Shown: positions 51,713 through 62,090, counted from the stretch's first letter. The stretch is DNA of 64,000 nt from Bdellovibrionales bacterium (GCA_965262715.1 OZ253553.1:1792001-1856000), one strand, 5' to 3'. Numbers and translations are program-made. Notes: generated by a model not told the origin, from the sequence alone.

Positions 51713-51875
51713 ACTGTAACTTACGTACATAAGTTACAGTATTAAGTTCTTAAAATTATTACCGATATAGTTAATGGAAAGGATTTTTCATTGATGGTCA
51801 TTGGTAGGGAAAATGACCAAAAACATCAATGATTTTAAAGGTACACCACTGTAACTTATGTACGTAAGTTACACT
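51713..51875. promoter_or_regulatory. Pair of 28-bp near-palindromic sites (51713-51740, 51848-51875)
   Basis: ACTGTAACTTA-CGTACA-TAAGTTACAGT and ACTGTAACTTA-TGTACG-TAAGTTACACT. Confidence 0.75.
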
Positions 51876-52026
51876 ACTAAGTAGTTGAAATCATTGAAGT
51901 ACTAGACGGTCTAGTCTAGTATTAAGACAACATTTAAGTTCAGAAAATTATAAAAACGTTGAATATTGATAAAGAAACTGTATTCAACCAAAACAATTTC
52001 TTGTATTTTCATTCTAGCAAGAAAAA

Positions 52027-52200
52027 TTTCCTTAACATAGTGTTAAAGAAAGAGGAGTTCCTCTTTAGTAAAATGCATCAAGCTTTCTAGGCAGTAAGCT
52101 ATTTGCCGACGGCCGTAAGAGCTGTCGGGCTTACTGCCAGAAAGTGACCAGAGGTCAGAGGCATTTTAGTGAAACAGAGACCAGTTTATTTTTAGTGAGA
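52027..52200 (+). repeat. Family-B1 element followed by a B2 3' tail
   Basis: ggcagtaagc/gcttactgcc, cGTAAg loop, tgacc-aga-ggtca; preceding ~70 nt also present at ~49635-49705. Confidence 0.8.
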
Positions 52201-52213
52201 CAAAATGTTGATA

Positions 52214-52540
52214 TTAGTGCATCAATCTGCTCTTTTGTTTGTGTTTATCTCTATCATGTTGAAATTTAGCTTTATAAGGATGAGTTTTAGATAAGATCAT
52301 TTCCCACCGGTCATCTTCATTCATTGTAAAATAACCTTCCTCTGGTAACTTTTCATCCTTCATCAATAAAAGTGATTGGTCCAAACTTTTAGGAGCGTTG
52401 TTAAGCTGTAGAGAAGTTAAATTTTGTAAGACTGAATTCTTTTCATTTTGCTTAAATTCTTTAGAAAAATAGGCGCAATCAACACATTGAGCACTTACAA
52501 AAATTGGAATTAGTAAAATATAAGCTACAATATAACCCAT
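52214..52540 (-). CDS. Small secreted hypothetical protein
   Basis: Signal-peptide-like N-terminus, CxxC. Confidence 0.45.
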   Translation of the reverse strand: MGYIVAYILLIPIFVSAQCVDCAYFSKEFKQNEKNSVLQNLTSLQLNNAPKSLDQSLLLMKDEKLPEEGYFTMNEDDRWEMILSKTHPYKAKFQHDRDKHKQKSRLMH

Positions 52541-52728
52541 AACAAAAACCTGATAAACTAAGATTGAACAAGTATTACCATAAAAACATCAAGGGACAAA
52601 AGCGGTAAAGCCTCATTTGTTATTTAAGGGTATAACATAAAGACTTAACCTTTTCAATATAATACATAAATAAAGAAAGTAAAGCAATCTAGTAAATCCA
52701 CTTAGCTCATAGACCATATAGATGGGTA

Positions 52729-54967
52729 TTATCTGAAAAAATTAGCCATGGGACATCCTAGTGTTTTTATTTCTGCTTTATTAATAATCATTATACGAGT
52801 GGCTATCATAAAGTTTAAGACATTTTGTTGGAGGATTGAATCAAAAAAATTGTTACCTATATCTAAATCATTTCCTTGTAGGATACTATGTAGTTTTGGA
52901 TTGCAAATAATAGGGTCAAGATATTCTATGACCAAATCTTTAACCTCTTGTGGATTTTCTGGCTTTCGTCCTTCTATTAAAACAGTTTGTAGTTGATCGT
53001 AATGAGTATTTGCAGAGAAGTAATAAGATATAAGACTAAAGGTCAAATTACTCACATATTCACCTACACGAGCATTCCAGATCAAATAAGGAAAAGATTG
53101 ATCATCTTTTCTACTAGTTAGTAAATCAAAGGTTTGTCCCAATCTTAAAGCAAAGTCTTCAAGTGGAAGATTTGTCCCATCTGTTCGGGAACATTCTGGA
53201 GATTTGTCCCTTTGATCGTTGTTGTGATAGTCGTCAATCAAATCGCTGCTTGCGCAAAATAGATCTGTTCTTTTAGGTAACATACCTAAATAGCCGTAAG
53301 CAAGTGCCATTCTGTCATAAGATCCAGACACAGGTTTATGAATATTATGGGATTTCAGATAATCCATGTAAGAGTTACCGACATAACCATTTTGCGCAAA
53401 GATGCTACTTTTATGATTATGTATTAGACCTAATGAGTGCCCTAATTCATGAGTAACTATTGCCTTTAAAAGTTTCGGTATGTAGCTGTCAAAAGTTTCA
53501 TCTTCAGGCGCTAGCATTAAAGTTTGGTGATGAATTGGAAATCCAGTGAAAGACACTTGAGAGATCAAATTATAAGTACCACTGTGAAATGCTGTTAATG
53601 GAGGCCGTCTTATAACTTCATTAGCTCTGATTATATCGCTATATTGAAACCATCTTGAATACTCTTCGATGAGCCTAGGGCCTTGTATCAGGATACTTGT
53701 TGACCAAATCTGCCCTGTATTTTGGTCAAATAATAAATTGCGAGATTGTCCATTGTAGCTGTGTCTATATGTCATATCCCATTCTAATACATTGTATCTT
53801 ATATCTCCTGTAATGATTTCTGTTTGGCCATCATAATTGCCTTGAATGAATTGGTAGGTAAAAGCAGGATAACCTTTTAAAGAGATAAAAATAGTATTCC
53901 AATGATTAAAGCTTTCTCGAAAAGGTGCTTGATAGTTATCGGGGACATTTTTAACGTAGAAATGTGCAGGGTTATCTTTTGAAATATCTCTTAAAGAGAT
54001 AATATGAGTATCCTCTAAGGGAGAGTATGCTGTATGATATCCAACTCCTTCAGTAGGGGTTCTGGTCACAAAGTTGTCTCTGCTTTTACCCCATTCAAAT
54101 CTTAGAGACCAACGTGAAGTCATTTCAGGAAGAGGAGATGGGCCTGGGAAATCTAATGTTGAGATAGCATCAAACACTAAAGTGGGTTGAGAAAATCCAA
54201 CTATAGATGATCGTATGTCTTTCACTTTGAAGGGAATATCTTCGGGAACACCGTATTGTGACTCAAGTTCCATTATTCGCTCTTTTAATTGATTCCCGAT
54301 GGATGCAGGGTCAATAATTATGACTTGATGGTTCTGAGAAATACCAAGTACAGGAAGCTCTGTATAATATATGGGTTGTCCTTCATCGTTGACAACGCAA
54401 TCGTCTTGATAGTGACAGATGGCAAAGCCTAGAGAGCAACTTCCATCACTTGAGCTTATGAGCCTTGCCTGTACATTGGTTTCTACATTGGCTAGGTGGT
54501 ACCCTCTAAATATATTTTGGTAGACAGGTGTCTGATAAAAAGTGTTTCCTCGGTCTGAAAAGTGAGTAGCAACTCCAGTCATATTCATAAGTTTATTTAA
54601 AGCTGTCAGAGGAATACCCAGTAATAAAGCTTCTCTATTGTTAATAGATATTGTTATATCTTTTGAGGTTTGTTCCGGTTCTTGTTTCATATTTTGTAAA
54701 TCAATATTTTGAGCTTTCAAGCAACTCAATACATCATTACTAGATAAGATTTCCCTTTTTAATAAGACAAGTGGAGTTTGTTGATCTCCTAAAAAAGACT
54801 CTATATAGGAATCTGGTTCTCCGTTATTTTGAGCCTCATTTTGTGCTTGTCCTTGTGTATTTGTATTTTGTGTGAATGTACAATTTGTCATACTGATGAC
54901 ACAGATAAATATAAAAACAATTTTTAAAATAGGAAAACAAACATTATCGTAACTAAGTTTAAACAGA
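52729..54967 (-). CDS. Zinc-dependent metalloprotease (metzincin HExxHxxGxxH), N-terminus interrupted by IS30
   Basis: HELGHSLGLIHN, SYMDY Met-turn, GDIRYN; lipoprotein-like ISMTNC. Confidence 0.8.
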
Positions 54968-56305
54968 GGTGGATTCAAGTCGTAAGTGCAACTCCTTGCA
55001 TAGTTGTTTAAAGGGGGTTAGAGGAATACTCTAATCAATAACTTTACATAACGAAAGGAGTATTCCATGAGTAAGTACACTCATCTAACCCAAAGTGATA
55101 GATACCAGATTTTAGCTCTTTTGCAAAGTGGAAAATCAATAAGTTCAATTGCTACGCAACTAGGTCGAGATAAAAGCACCATATATAGGGAATTGAATCG
55201 TAACAAAGGTTTGCGAGGTCATCGTCCTCAACAAGCCCATGAAAAAGCAGTCGATCGTCTTCAAAACTCTCATAGACATATAAAGATAACACAAAAAGTC
55301 ATTAATAAGCTTGAGAGGTTTCTTTGTGAATGTTGGAGTCCGGAACAGATATCCGGTTTTCTTAAACCAAAAGGTTTGTCTATAAGTCATGAGAGTATTT
55401 ATCAGCATATTCTTCGAGATAAGCAATCAGGAGGAGATCTCTACAAATTTTTAAGATGTCAGAGGCAACGCAAGAAGCGATATGGTACAAGTAGATTTGA
55501 TAAAAGGGGTCAGATAAAGAATAGAGTGAGCATTGATAAAAGGCCTAAGATAGTAGATAAGAAGAGTCGGATAGGAGACTGGGAAGGTGATCTAATGATA
55601 GGTAGACATCATAAAGGAGCTTTAGTCACGCTGGTAGATAGATGTTCTAAGAAGACGAGGATTGTCAAAATAGAATCTAAGAGATCTGAGGCAGTTTTTC
55701 ATGCTATTTCTAAAGCTCTTAAAGGAGAGGTTGTTCATACAATGACTTTGGATAATGGTAAAGAATTTTCGTGTCATGAGAAGATCAGTGAATATACTGG
55801 ATGTAAAGTTTATTTTGCACATCCTTACAGTTCATATCAGAGAGGTTTAAATGAGAACACGAATGGTTTAATCCGTCAGTATTTTCCAAAGAAGACAGAT
55901 TTTAGAGAAATCGCCTCTAAGGATGTAAAAAAGGTTGAGTTTTTTTTAAACCATCGCCCTCGAAAGAGTTTAGGTTTTCTAACTCCTAATGAGTTTCATA
56001 GACAAAAGATGGTTTGCTGAAGTTATTCATAGTTTATCCATTTAATTTTACTTATATATAATAACTTCTGAAAATGTTTATTTGACAGCTTGATGTTTAT
56101 GGCAAAGGATCGTTCTTCCGCAGAGCTTTAGCTCGAGGACTACGAGACCTTGCCATAAACATCAAAATACATTCATTCAAATTAAATAATTTACTATAAT
56201 CTTTCATGATAATTAAAACTTTGTTGAAATATTAATCTTAAAATGATACAACTTTTAAAAATATCTATAAACACAGAAGAGTTGCACTTGCGATTTGAAG
56301 TTACG
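54968..56305 (+). mobile_element. IS30-family element with 3-bp AGA target duplication
   Basis: IRL ggtggattcaagtcgtaagtgcaac, IRR gttgcacttgcgatttgaagttacg; aga at 54965-67 and 56306-08. Confidence 0.85.
55067..56020 (+). CDS. IS30-family transposase
   Basis: HTH GRDKSTIYREL, WSPEQI, GDWEGD, DNGKEF, QRGLNENTNGLIRQYFPK. Confidence 0.95.
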   Translation: MSKYTHLTQSDRYQILALLQSGKSISSIATQLGRDKSTIYRELNRNKGLRGHRPQQAHEKAVDRLQNSHRHIKITQKVINKLERFLCECWSPEQISGFLKPKGLSISHESIYQHILRDKQSGGDLYKFLRCQRQRKKRYGTSRFDKRGQIKNRVSIDKRPKIVDKKSRIGDWEGDLMIGRHHKGALVTLVDRCSKKTRIVKIESKRSEAVFHAISKALKGEVVHTMTLDNGKEFSCHEKISEYTGCKVYFAHPYSSYQRGLNENTNGLIRQYFPKKTDFREIASKDVKKVEFFLNHRPRKSLGFLTPNEFHRQKMVC

Positions 56306-56541
56306 AGATAATATTGAATAGAATTCTTTTTTATCAAGCTGGTTTCTTTTTGAGAGTTCATCATAAACATCCTCTTTGCCAGATTATTGTTACAACTTTT
56401 GATTGTTAAGTTATAAGCTAATGAGAAATATGGGTAATAATAAAATCTTATAACAGTCATTTAGTTTTTGGATATACTATTGATATAAAGGTGATTTGTG
56501 ATTTTTTAAGAAAATGATCTCTCATTTTTATAAGAGAGGAT

Positions 56542-57606
56542 TTAGCGTGAGCCTTCTAAGCCTTTTTTGATTTGGAGGAATTGGCCTCCAATTAAGAGCA
56601 AGATGAGAAGAATGACAGCAATGATAACTAAATACTTGATGATATCCCCAAAATCCCAACTCAAACCTTCATCTTGGATAGAAGCAAATGCTTTCTTTTC
56701 TACTAAGGGAATAACTTTTTTCCTGAAAGAACTTGTAGCTCCTCGGTCAGTAGTGGAGTCTTTTGTTTGTGATGCTAGGTTGCCTTTTGCTTTTTTTGAA
56801 AGCTGTACTACGCGTGAACCTTGTATATTGCTACTGATATTTCTAGAGGAGTCTCCGGCGGAAGATGATCCACTAGCAAGAGGTGATCCGCTATCATCTT
56901 CTTCTGATTTGCTTAGCAGTATGATTCTACCTTTTCCTCTTGAATTGTTCCTCTGATTGGATAATTGTTGATTGCCAAAGGCCTTACTAGAACCTCCTCC
57001 CGTAGGTATTAGATTTTGTTGGCCTCCTCCACTTCTTATTCCTGAATTTCCTCCAGCTCCTGCGCCGCTTCTACCTTCTGCGAGGCCTTGACCTGAAGAG
57101 GCGTCCGATCCTGGGGGGGGTATATTTGCAGGTGGAGGAACTTTTGGAGGTGGGGGGATATCTGAGAGAGGAGGTATAATTGGATCTGGAGGTAGAACTG
57201 GAGGTGGAGGTATTACTGACCTTGGAGGTGTAACTGCATCTGGTACATCAATATCAGCGGTAAATACAAACGGGGGGGGAGGACATGCTCCTGCAACTCG
57301 AGTTTCAGAGCCTAATTGAGGTAGTTGCCCTTTTCTTAAAAGACATCCTAAATAATCGCGTTCTCCACTTCCGAAAACATCTTCTAAATAATTATAATTT
57401 GCCTCACTAAAAGCCTTCATAAAGGCACCCATCACAGCTAGTATTAAAACTGTTAACAGGATATATTCAACTAAGACTTGTCCATTGGCGTTATTATATT
57501 TCTTAAAAAAACGCCTTAAGACTTTTTTTCCAAAGGTTATTATAGATGGCTTATAAATAATCTTATTTGTTCTCCTAAGTTCATAGTAAAATTTGAACCA
57601 GGTCAA
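56542..57606 (-). CDS. Pro/Gly/Ser-rich membrane protein with Flp/TadE-like prepilin motif (start uncertain)
   Basis: GQVLVEYILL + TM; PPP tract; C-terminal TM helix. Confidence 0.55.
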   Translation of the reverse strand: MTWFKFYYELRRTNKIIYKPSIITFGKKVLRRFFKKYNNANGQVLVEYILLTVLILAVMGAFMKAFSEANYNYLEDVFGSGERDYLGCLLRKGQLPQLGSETRVAGACPPPPFVFTADIDVPDAVTPPRSVIPPPPVLPPDPIIPPLSDIPPPPKVPPPANIPPPGSDASSGQGLAEGRSGAGAGGNSGIRSGGGQQNLIPTGGGSSKAFGNQQLSNQRNNSRGKGRIILLSKSEEDDSGSPLASGSSSAGDSSRNISSNIQGSRVVQLSKKAKGNLASQTKDSTTDRGATSSFRKKVIPLVEKKAFASIQDEGLSWDFGDIIKYLVIIAVILLILLLIGGQFLQIKKGLEGSR

Positions 57607-57829
57607 ATGCTAGAGTTTATAAAGGTTTTAGAAATAGTTTATAGTCTCTTTATCGAAAGAAATGGCTGGTTTCTTGACTCTATCTGTAAAATAGTAATGG
57701 AATGAATGTTTAACAGGAAAAAACTGAATCAATATGATTCAGGTGGTAAACAAAAAAAGAGTGTAGGATATTTAAATCAAACACTCTTTGCTATAAGGTA
57801 ATACGTCTTTTCGTAATGGCTAAAATACT

Positions 57830-58894
57830 TTATAATCCATAATATCTACCTGTACGACCAGAACATCTTAGATCGTCTTCAACCAATTGGCGTCGACGAG
57901 CTTCTGTAGAAATTGGAATACTATGTAAATCTGAGGAGGTAATATTTTCTGCCCTGCGAAGTGTCTGATATACCTCCATCAATGCAGGTAGTTTTTCAAT
58001 TTCAGGTAAGGTGGATAACCATTGATTATATTCTGCTATGACTGTTTGAGTTGCAACTGTATACTTTAACCTCTCAAATGCATAGTATGCTCCTTTAACA
58101 CGAGGATAGTTTTTCCAATCATCGGCCCATTGTTTCCATTCATTTTCATTTTTAAAATTAACAAAGTGATCATCCTCTCTAACAGGAGAGTCTTGACTTG
58201 CCACATACTCATAGTAATTATAACGGGAGCGACACATTCTTTAAAAAATATTATGGTGTCGATTTTGATATGTGAGCCATGGGTTTTTATTTTGTTGATA
58301 AATAAAAGCATAAAGCTCTATTTTGTCATTAGAAAAACCCTCTACTCCCATCATTCTTTTGATCATATCAAGAGGAGTTTCTCCATTTTCATTGGCGGCG
58401 TTAACGGGAGCATATTTATTTATCAAGACATTGATAAAATCTAAATTTGGTCTTTCTAAGTCTCTTCTTATAAGACGATGAAGAAGGTCGGAAGAATCTA
58501 TTTCAATGGCAGATGAACCTTCTATTGCCTCGTGTATGGCAAGATGAAGAGGAGTGTTACCTTCAGCATCGCAAGGTCGACCTAAGACTTCAGCATAAAG
58601 CTGTCTTCTTTGATGGGATCCTGAAATGCTATCCCAGATTCGTGAAAAGAGATTAGAATTATTTATAGCTTCACTCTCAGGAGTGGCCCATACCAAATCA
58701 TCTATAGCAGACTGAATGTCACGATAGTTTAAGTCGTAGAAATTGCTGTCAGGGTGACAGATATCTATTACTTCAAGCAACGTGTTAGTAGTTGTAGTAG
58801 GAGGACGAGCTTGAGCCTCTGCAATGTCAGCCTGAACTGAAGCAGATATTCCAAACAACATGGTTATAATAAAAGAATAAAAATAAGTTTTCAT
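57830..58894 (-). pseudogene. Secreted ankyrin-containing protein split by an in-frame TAA
   Basis: Signal peptide, GNTPLHLA and GETPLD; ORFs 58241-58933 and 57830-58237 share a frame (NIF*RMCR). Confidence 0.6.
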
Positions 58895-59228
58895 AAGCAA
58901 TTTCCTTTTAATCGAAGTAAAGCTAATTGACAAAGATTAAGATTGTTTTAACGCAATTTTTTATCACCACAAATCAATCACATAGGTAATCCCCAATGAC
59001 GTCGTGATAGTTTTCATAAGCTCAATCGGCATTTGTATTTTCTAAGTAGGTTAGAGAAACCAATAAGGTAAATAAAAAAGTTTTTATTATCATAGGCATT
59101 AAGACTCCTTTATTTATTTTAAAAAGATTGATTATTATTTGCAGTTATAGCGAATATAAAACATTTATGACTGTTTTGAAACTAAAATTTGACATTTTGT
59201 AAATTTTACATGCTTTATAAGTCGAAGT

Positions 59229-60544
59229 GGTCTTGTTGCACAAAGATTTAAATAGTTTTTATTTTATTTATTTTTTAAGTAAGATTGTCATTTAATATTT
59301 TTTTATCAAAGAGAAGAAGGCACAATCATCTGATTAAGGATTTTACATTTAATAAACACTTCATTTGCTTGACGATGAAATTCTCTAGAAGATAATTTAT
59401 CACCTAATAAAGTTTTAAATCTATACATAGCTGTTTCTGATATAGACCTCCTGTGATATTTATGCTTTTTTTTCCACTTCTTTCTACCCATCTTCTTGAT
59501 TTCTCTAATATAAGTATCTCTAAGAAGCGGCGATCCTCGACAATTTCCATGCCTCTTAATCACAGCATTCTTTCTAGGTGGAGCAACCAATTTTATACTT
59601 CTATCACTTGTAAACTGATAACAATTCTTACAGTCATAAGCCCCATCAACTGAAACTTGGCCTATCTCATCTTCATATCCTGTCAATAACTCTTCAAAAA
59701 CCTCATTATCCTTTACAGAATTATCACTTAAAACAGATGCCTTAATCTGGGAATTTGACTCATCTACCGCTAAATGTAGCTTCTTCCAGGTCCTTCTCTT
59801 AGAATACCCATGCTGACGGACTTTCCACTCTCCCTCCCCATAAACTTTAAGACCTGTGGAATCAATGACAATATGAGGATTCTTGTGAGAAGATAGCTTT
59901 CTTTCTAGTTTTACTGATAACTTCTGTAATCTTCTGCAAAGAGTTGTATAATTAGGTATTTCTATATCAAGACACATAAGTTCAACTAGGGATTTAGCAA
60001 AACCTTCTGTAGATCGCAATTTTAAACCAAATATGAATCTTAATATATTAAGAGTTTCAATAGCTTTATCAGAGTAAACTTGTTGACCCCCTTGCTTTGA
60101 AGAACATTTTGCATACCAAGATTTGACGATATCTGCTGAAAACCAAAAAGTGATTTGACCTCTATTGACTAGAGACTTATTATAAAGACTCCAGTTTATT
60201 TTTTTATTTTTACCCATCTCTAGCTCCTTCTGATTTAGTGATTGTGAAAGTTGGGGATGGGTAAATTTTATAATCATTAAAAACAAAAAATCAAAGTAAT
60301 AGATATATCAAACTCATAAAAGATCTTATTGCATAAAAATTTAAGAATGAGATTTGTGAAAGACTTCTGAAATAGGACTAGGCTAGCGGCTTAGGGTAAA
60401 TATCTCTTAAACTATTTTATTCTATAATAAAATCTTAAAATAATAGCAATACAAGGCGCGGGGGTTGCCTAGAGCCTATGGAAGATGCCTGACTTAATTC
60501 TCTAATCTTTTATATACTTCCTTAAATCTTTGTGCAACAAAGCC
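59229..60544 (-). mobile_element. IS5-family (IS903 group) element carrying a family-A hairpin core (~60349-60502) in its transposase leader
   Basis: TIR ggtcttgttgcacaaagattta / taaatctttgtgcaacaaagcc; no matching 9-bp TSD. Confidence 0.88.
59306..60217 (-). CDS. IS5-family (IS903 group) transposase
   Basis: NWSLYN..L.NRG, LRSTEGF, PNYTTLCRR, IDSTGLK, GEGEW, WKKLH, DGAYD, YHRRSISET; start after AAGGAG. Confidence 0.93.
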   Translation of the reverse strand: MGKNKKINWSLYNKSLVNRGQITFWFSADIVKSWYAKCSSKQGGQQVYSDKAIETLNILRFIFGLKLRSTEGFAKSLVELMCLDIEIPNYTTLCRRLQKLSVKLERKLSSHKNPHIVIDSTGLKVYGEGEWKVRQHGYSKRRTWKKLHLAVDESNSQIKASVLSDNSVKDNEVFEELLTGYEDEIGQVSVDGAYDCKNCYQFTSDRSIKLVAPPRKNAVIKRHGNCRGSPLLRDTYIREIKKMGRKKWKKKHKYHRRSISETAMYRFKTLLGDKLSSREFHRQANEVFIKCKILNQMIVPSSL

Positions 60545-60736
60545 ATTGACGAATACAAAGACAAAAAAGACTGGGAATGCCATAAGCATACGTAGACCTG
60601 CCGACATGATCGGTGCTACAGACTCAATGGAAATTTTAATGGCCAGCCATGTTGTTCCCCATATTAGGCAGAGGGCGATAAACAGGATCAGATGCAACCC
60701 TTTGGTCAACCAACTATTTGAAATAAGCACCCTCAA
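60545..60736 (-). pseudogene. EamA/DMT transporter 5' fragment truncated by IS5
   Basis: LCLIWGTTWLAIK..P..SAGLR motif; frame runs into the IS TIR. Confidence 0.75.
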
Positions 60737-61403
60737 ACCCTTTTATTATTTGTGTTGTGTTTTCATATTGTAAAGATCTATTGAAAAAGAATGTCAATAG
60801 CCTATTTTTAAGTTAAGAGTAGCATACCATTATGATTTTTAGCAGAACAATCCCTGTGTTTAAAAAGGTTTAGTCTAAAGGAATAAAGCCTGCACCAACC
60901 ATTTTGGTTTGACTTACCATCCAATCATCGAATTTGCCTATAAAGGGTATGGATTCACCGACCTTTATACGGCAACAGTTTGAGGGATTTGAACAAATTG
61001 AGCATCTTCCCATCCTGTTATAAGCCTCAAATCCACCTACTCCTGAAAGCGTGCTCAAACAAAAATATCTTAAAAATCACCTTTTAATTAGAGAAATTGC
61101 TAAGGAATTTTTGTGCTCAATAAACAAAATCAGACACCTACTTTTAAAATACAAAATCCCATTAAGAGCACTTGTAAAGTGTCACCACAGAAACAAAAGC
61201 CGCACTCGTGAGGAAGAAGATGAGTAGCGTAAAACAGATCACAAAAGAAAGTTAAAAGCCACTGACACAAAGCTATCTTTCTGAAATTTATTTATGGTTT
61301 TATAATTTATAACAATAAGATTCATTAGCAAAAAGAATTTGTAACCTGATGGTCTTGTGTTAGCTATAAATAAGAACGACGATTATTTTATCAGAGGAGT
61401 CTT

Positions 61404-62090
61404 ATGACATTAGGTGATTCTTCTTGTCCTCTTGGCGAGCATTATGTAAGAAGTCATTCCCGCAGCACAAAAAGAGGAATGACACAAGTATCTGCGCATT
61501 GTCGGAAAAACTCAAAAGAAAAAGAAAACTTATTAGATGCTTCTAATCTAAGACATATTTATTATTCGAGTGGACTAAAAAAATATCCTAAACTACCAGC
61601 AATTAAAGGTTTTAGAGGTTTTCATGAGTATGATCCAATGATTCAGTTTTGGACAGAATATTGGAAAAACAAAAATGTATTACATGAACAAGTAGATCCT
61701 CTACTTATTAAGGCTCTCATTGCTACTGAATCCAGCTTTCGCCATGGAGTAAGAACTAAGGACCCTAGAAGTACAGCAGCAGGACTTATGCAAATTACAG
61801 GAAGTACCTTAAGAACTCTTAAAGGAAACCCTGATCGAACTGGTTATATTGAAGTAAAAGATTATCCTATTGATCTGGAAGAAGATGAACATTTAGATCC
61901 ATTAGTTAATATTGCTGCAGGTATTCGTTGGTTAGGACATAAGATCGATAGACTTCCAAATAGATACAAATCAAAAGATATTTCACAAAATATATTTAAT
62001 GGGTTTAAATATTACCATTCATGGGATCAAAAAGGAGAGAATCATGCAAACAAAGTTTATAGATATTACAATGAAACACTTAGCCAGTAA
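61404..62090 (+). CDS. Lytic transglycosylase (SLT domain) protein
   Basis: IKALIATESSF, AAGLMQI, DPLVNIAAGIRWL. Confidence 0.8.
   Translation: MTLGDSSCPLGEHYVRSHSRSTKRGMTQVSAHCRKNSKEKENLLDASNLRHIYYSSGLKKYPKLPAIKGFRGFHEYDPMIQFWTEYWKNKNVLHEQVDPLLIKALIATESSFRHGVRTKDPRSTAAGLMQITGSTLRTLKGNPDRTGYIEVKDYPIDLEEDEHLDPLVNIAAGIRWLGHKIDRLPNRYKSKDISQNIFNGFKYYHSWDQKGENHANKVYRYYNETLSQ

Noticed and set aside
13836..52200. Hammerhead ribozyme reading of family B (stem followed by GAAA)
   Set aside because: No conserved CUGANGA core on either strand
22805..58243. Stop-codon reassignment suggested by in-frame stops in three genes
   Set aside because: The stops are TAG (DUF192), TGA (MTase) and TAA (ankyrin protein), and all three codons end normal genes here; pseudogenisation or error fits better
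3995..60502. Integron attC sites as identity of families A/B
   Set aside because: No consistent RYYYAAC/GTTRRRY ends, no integron integrase, and copies do not regularly delimit single-gene cassettes
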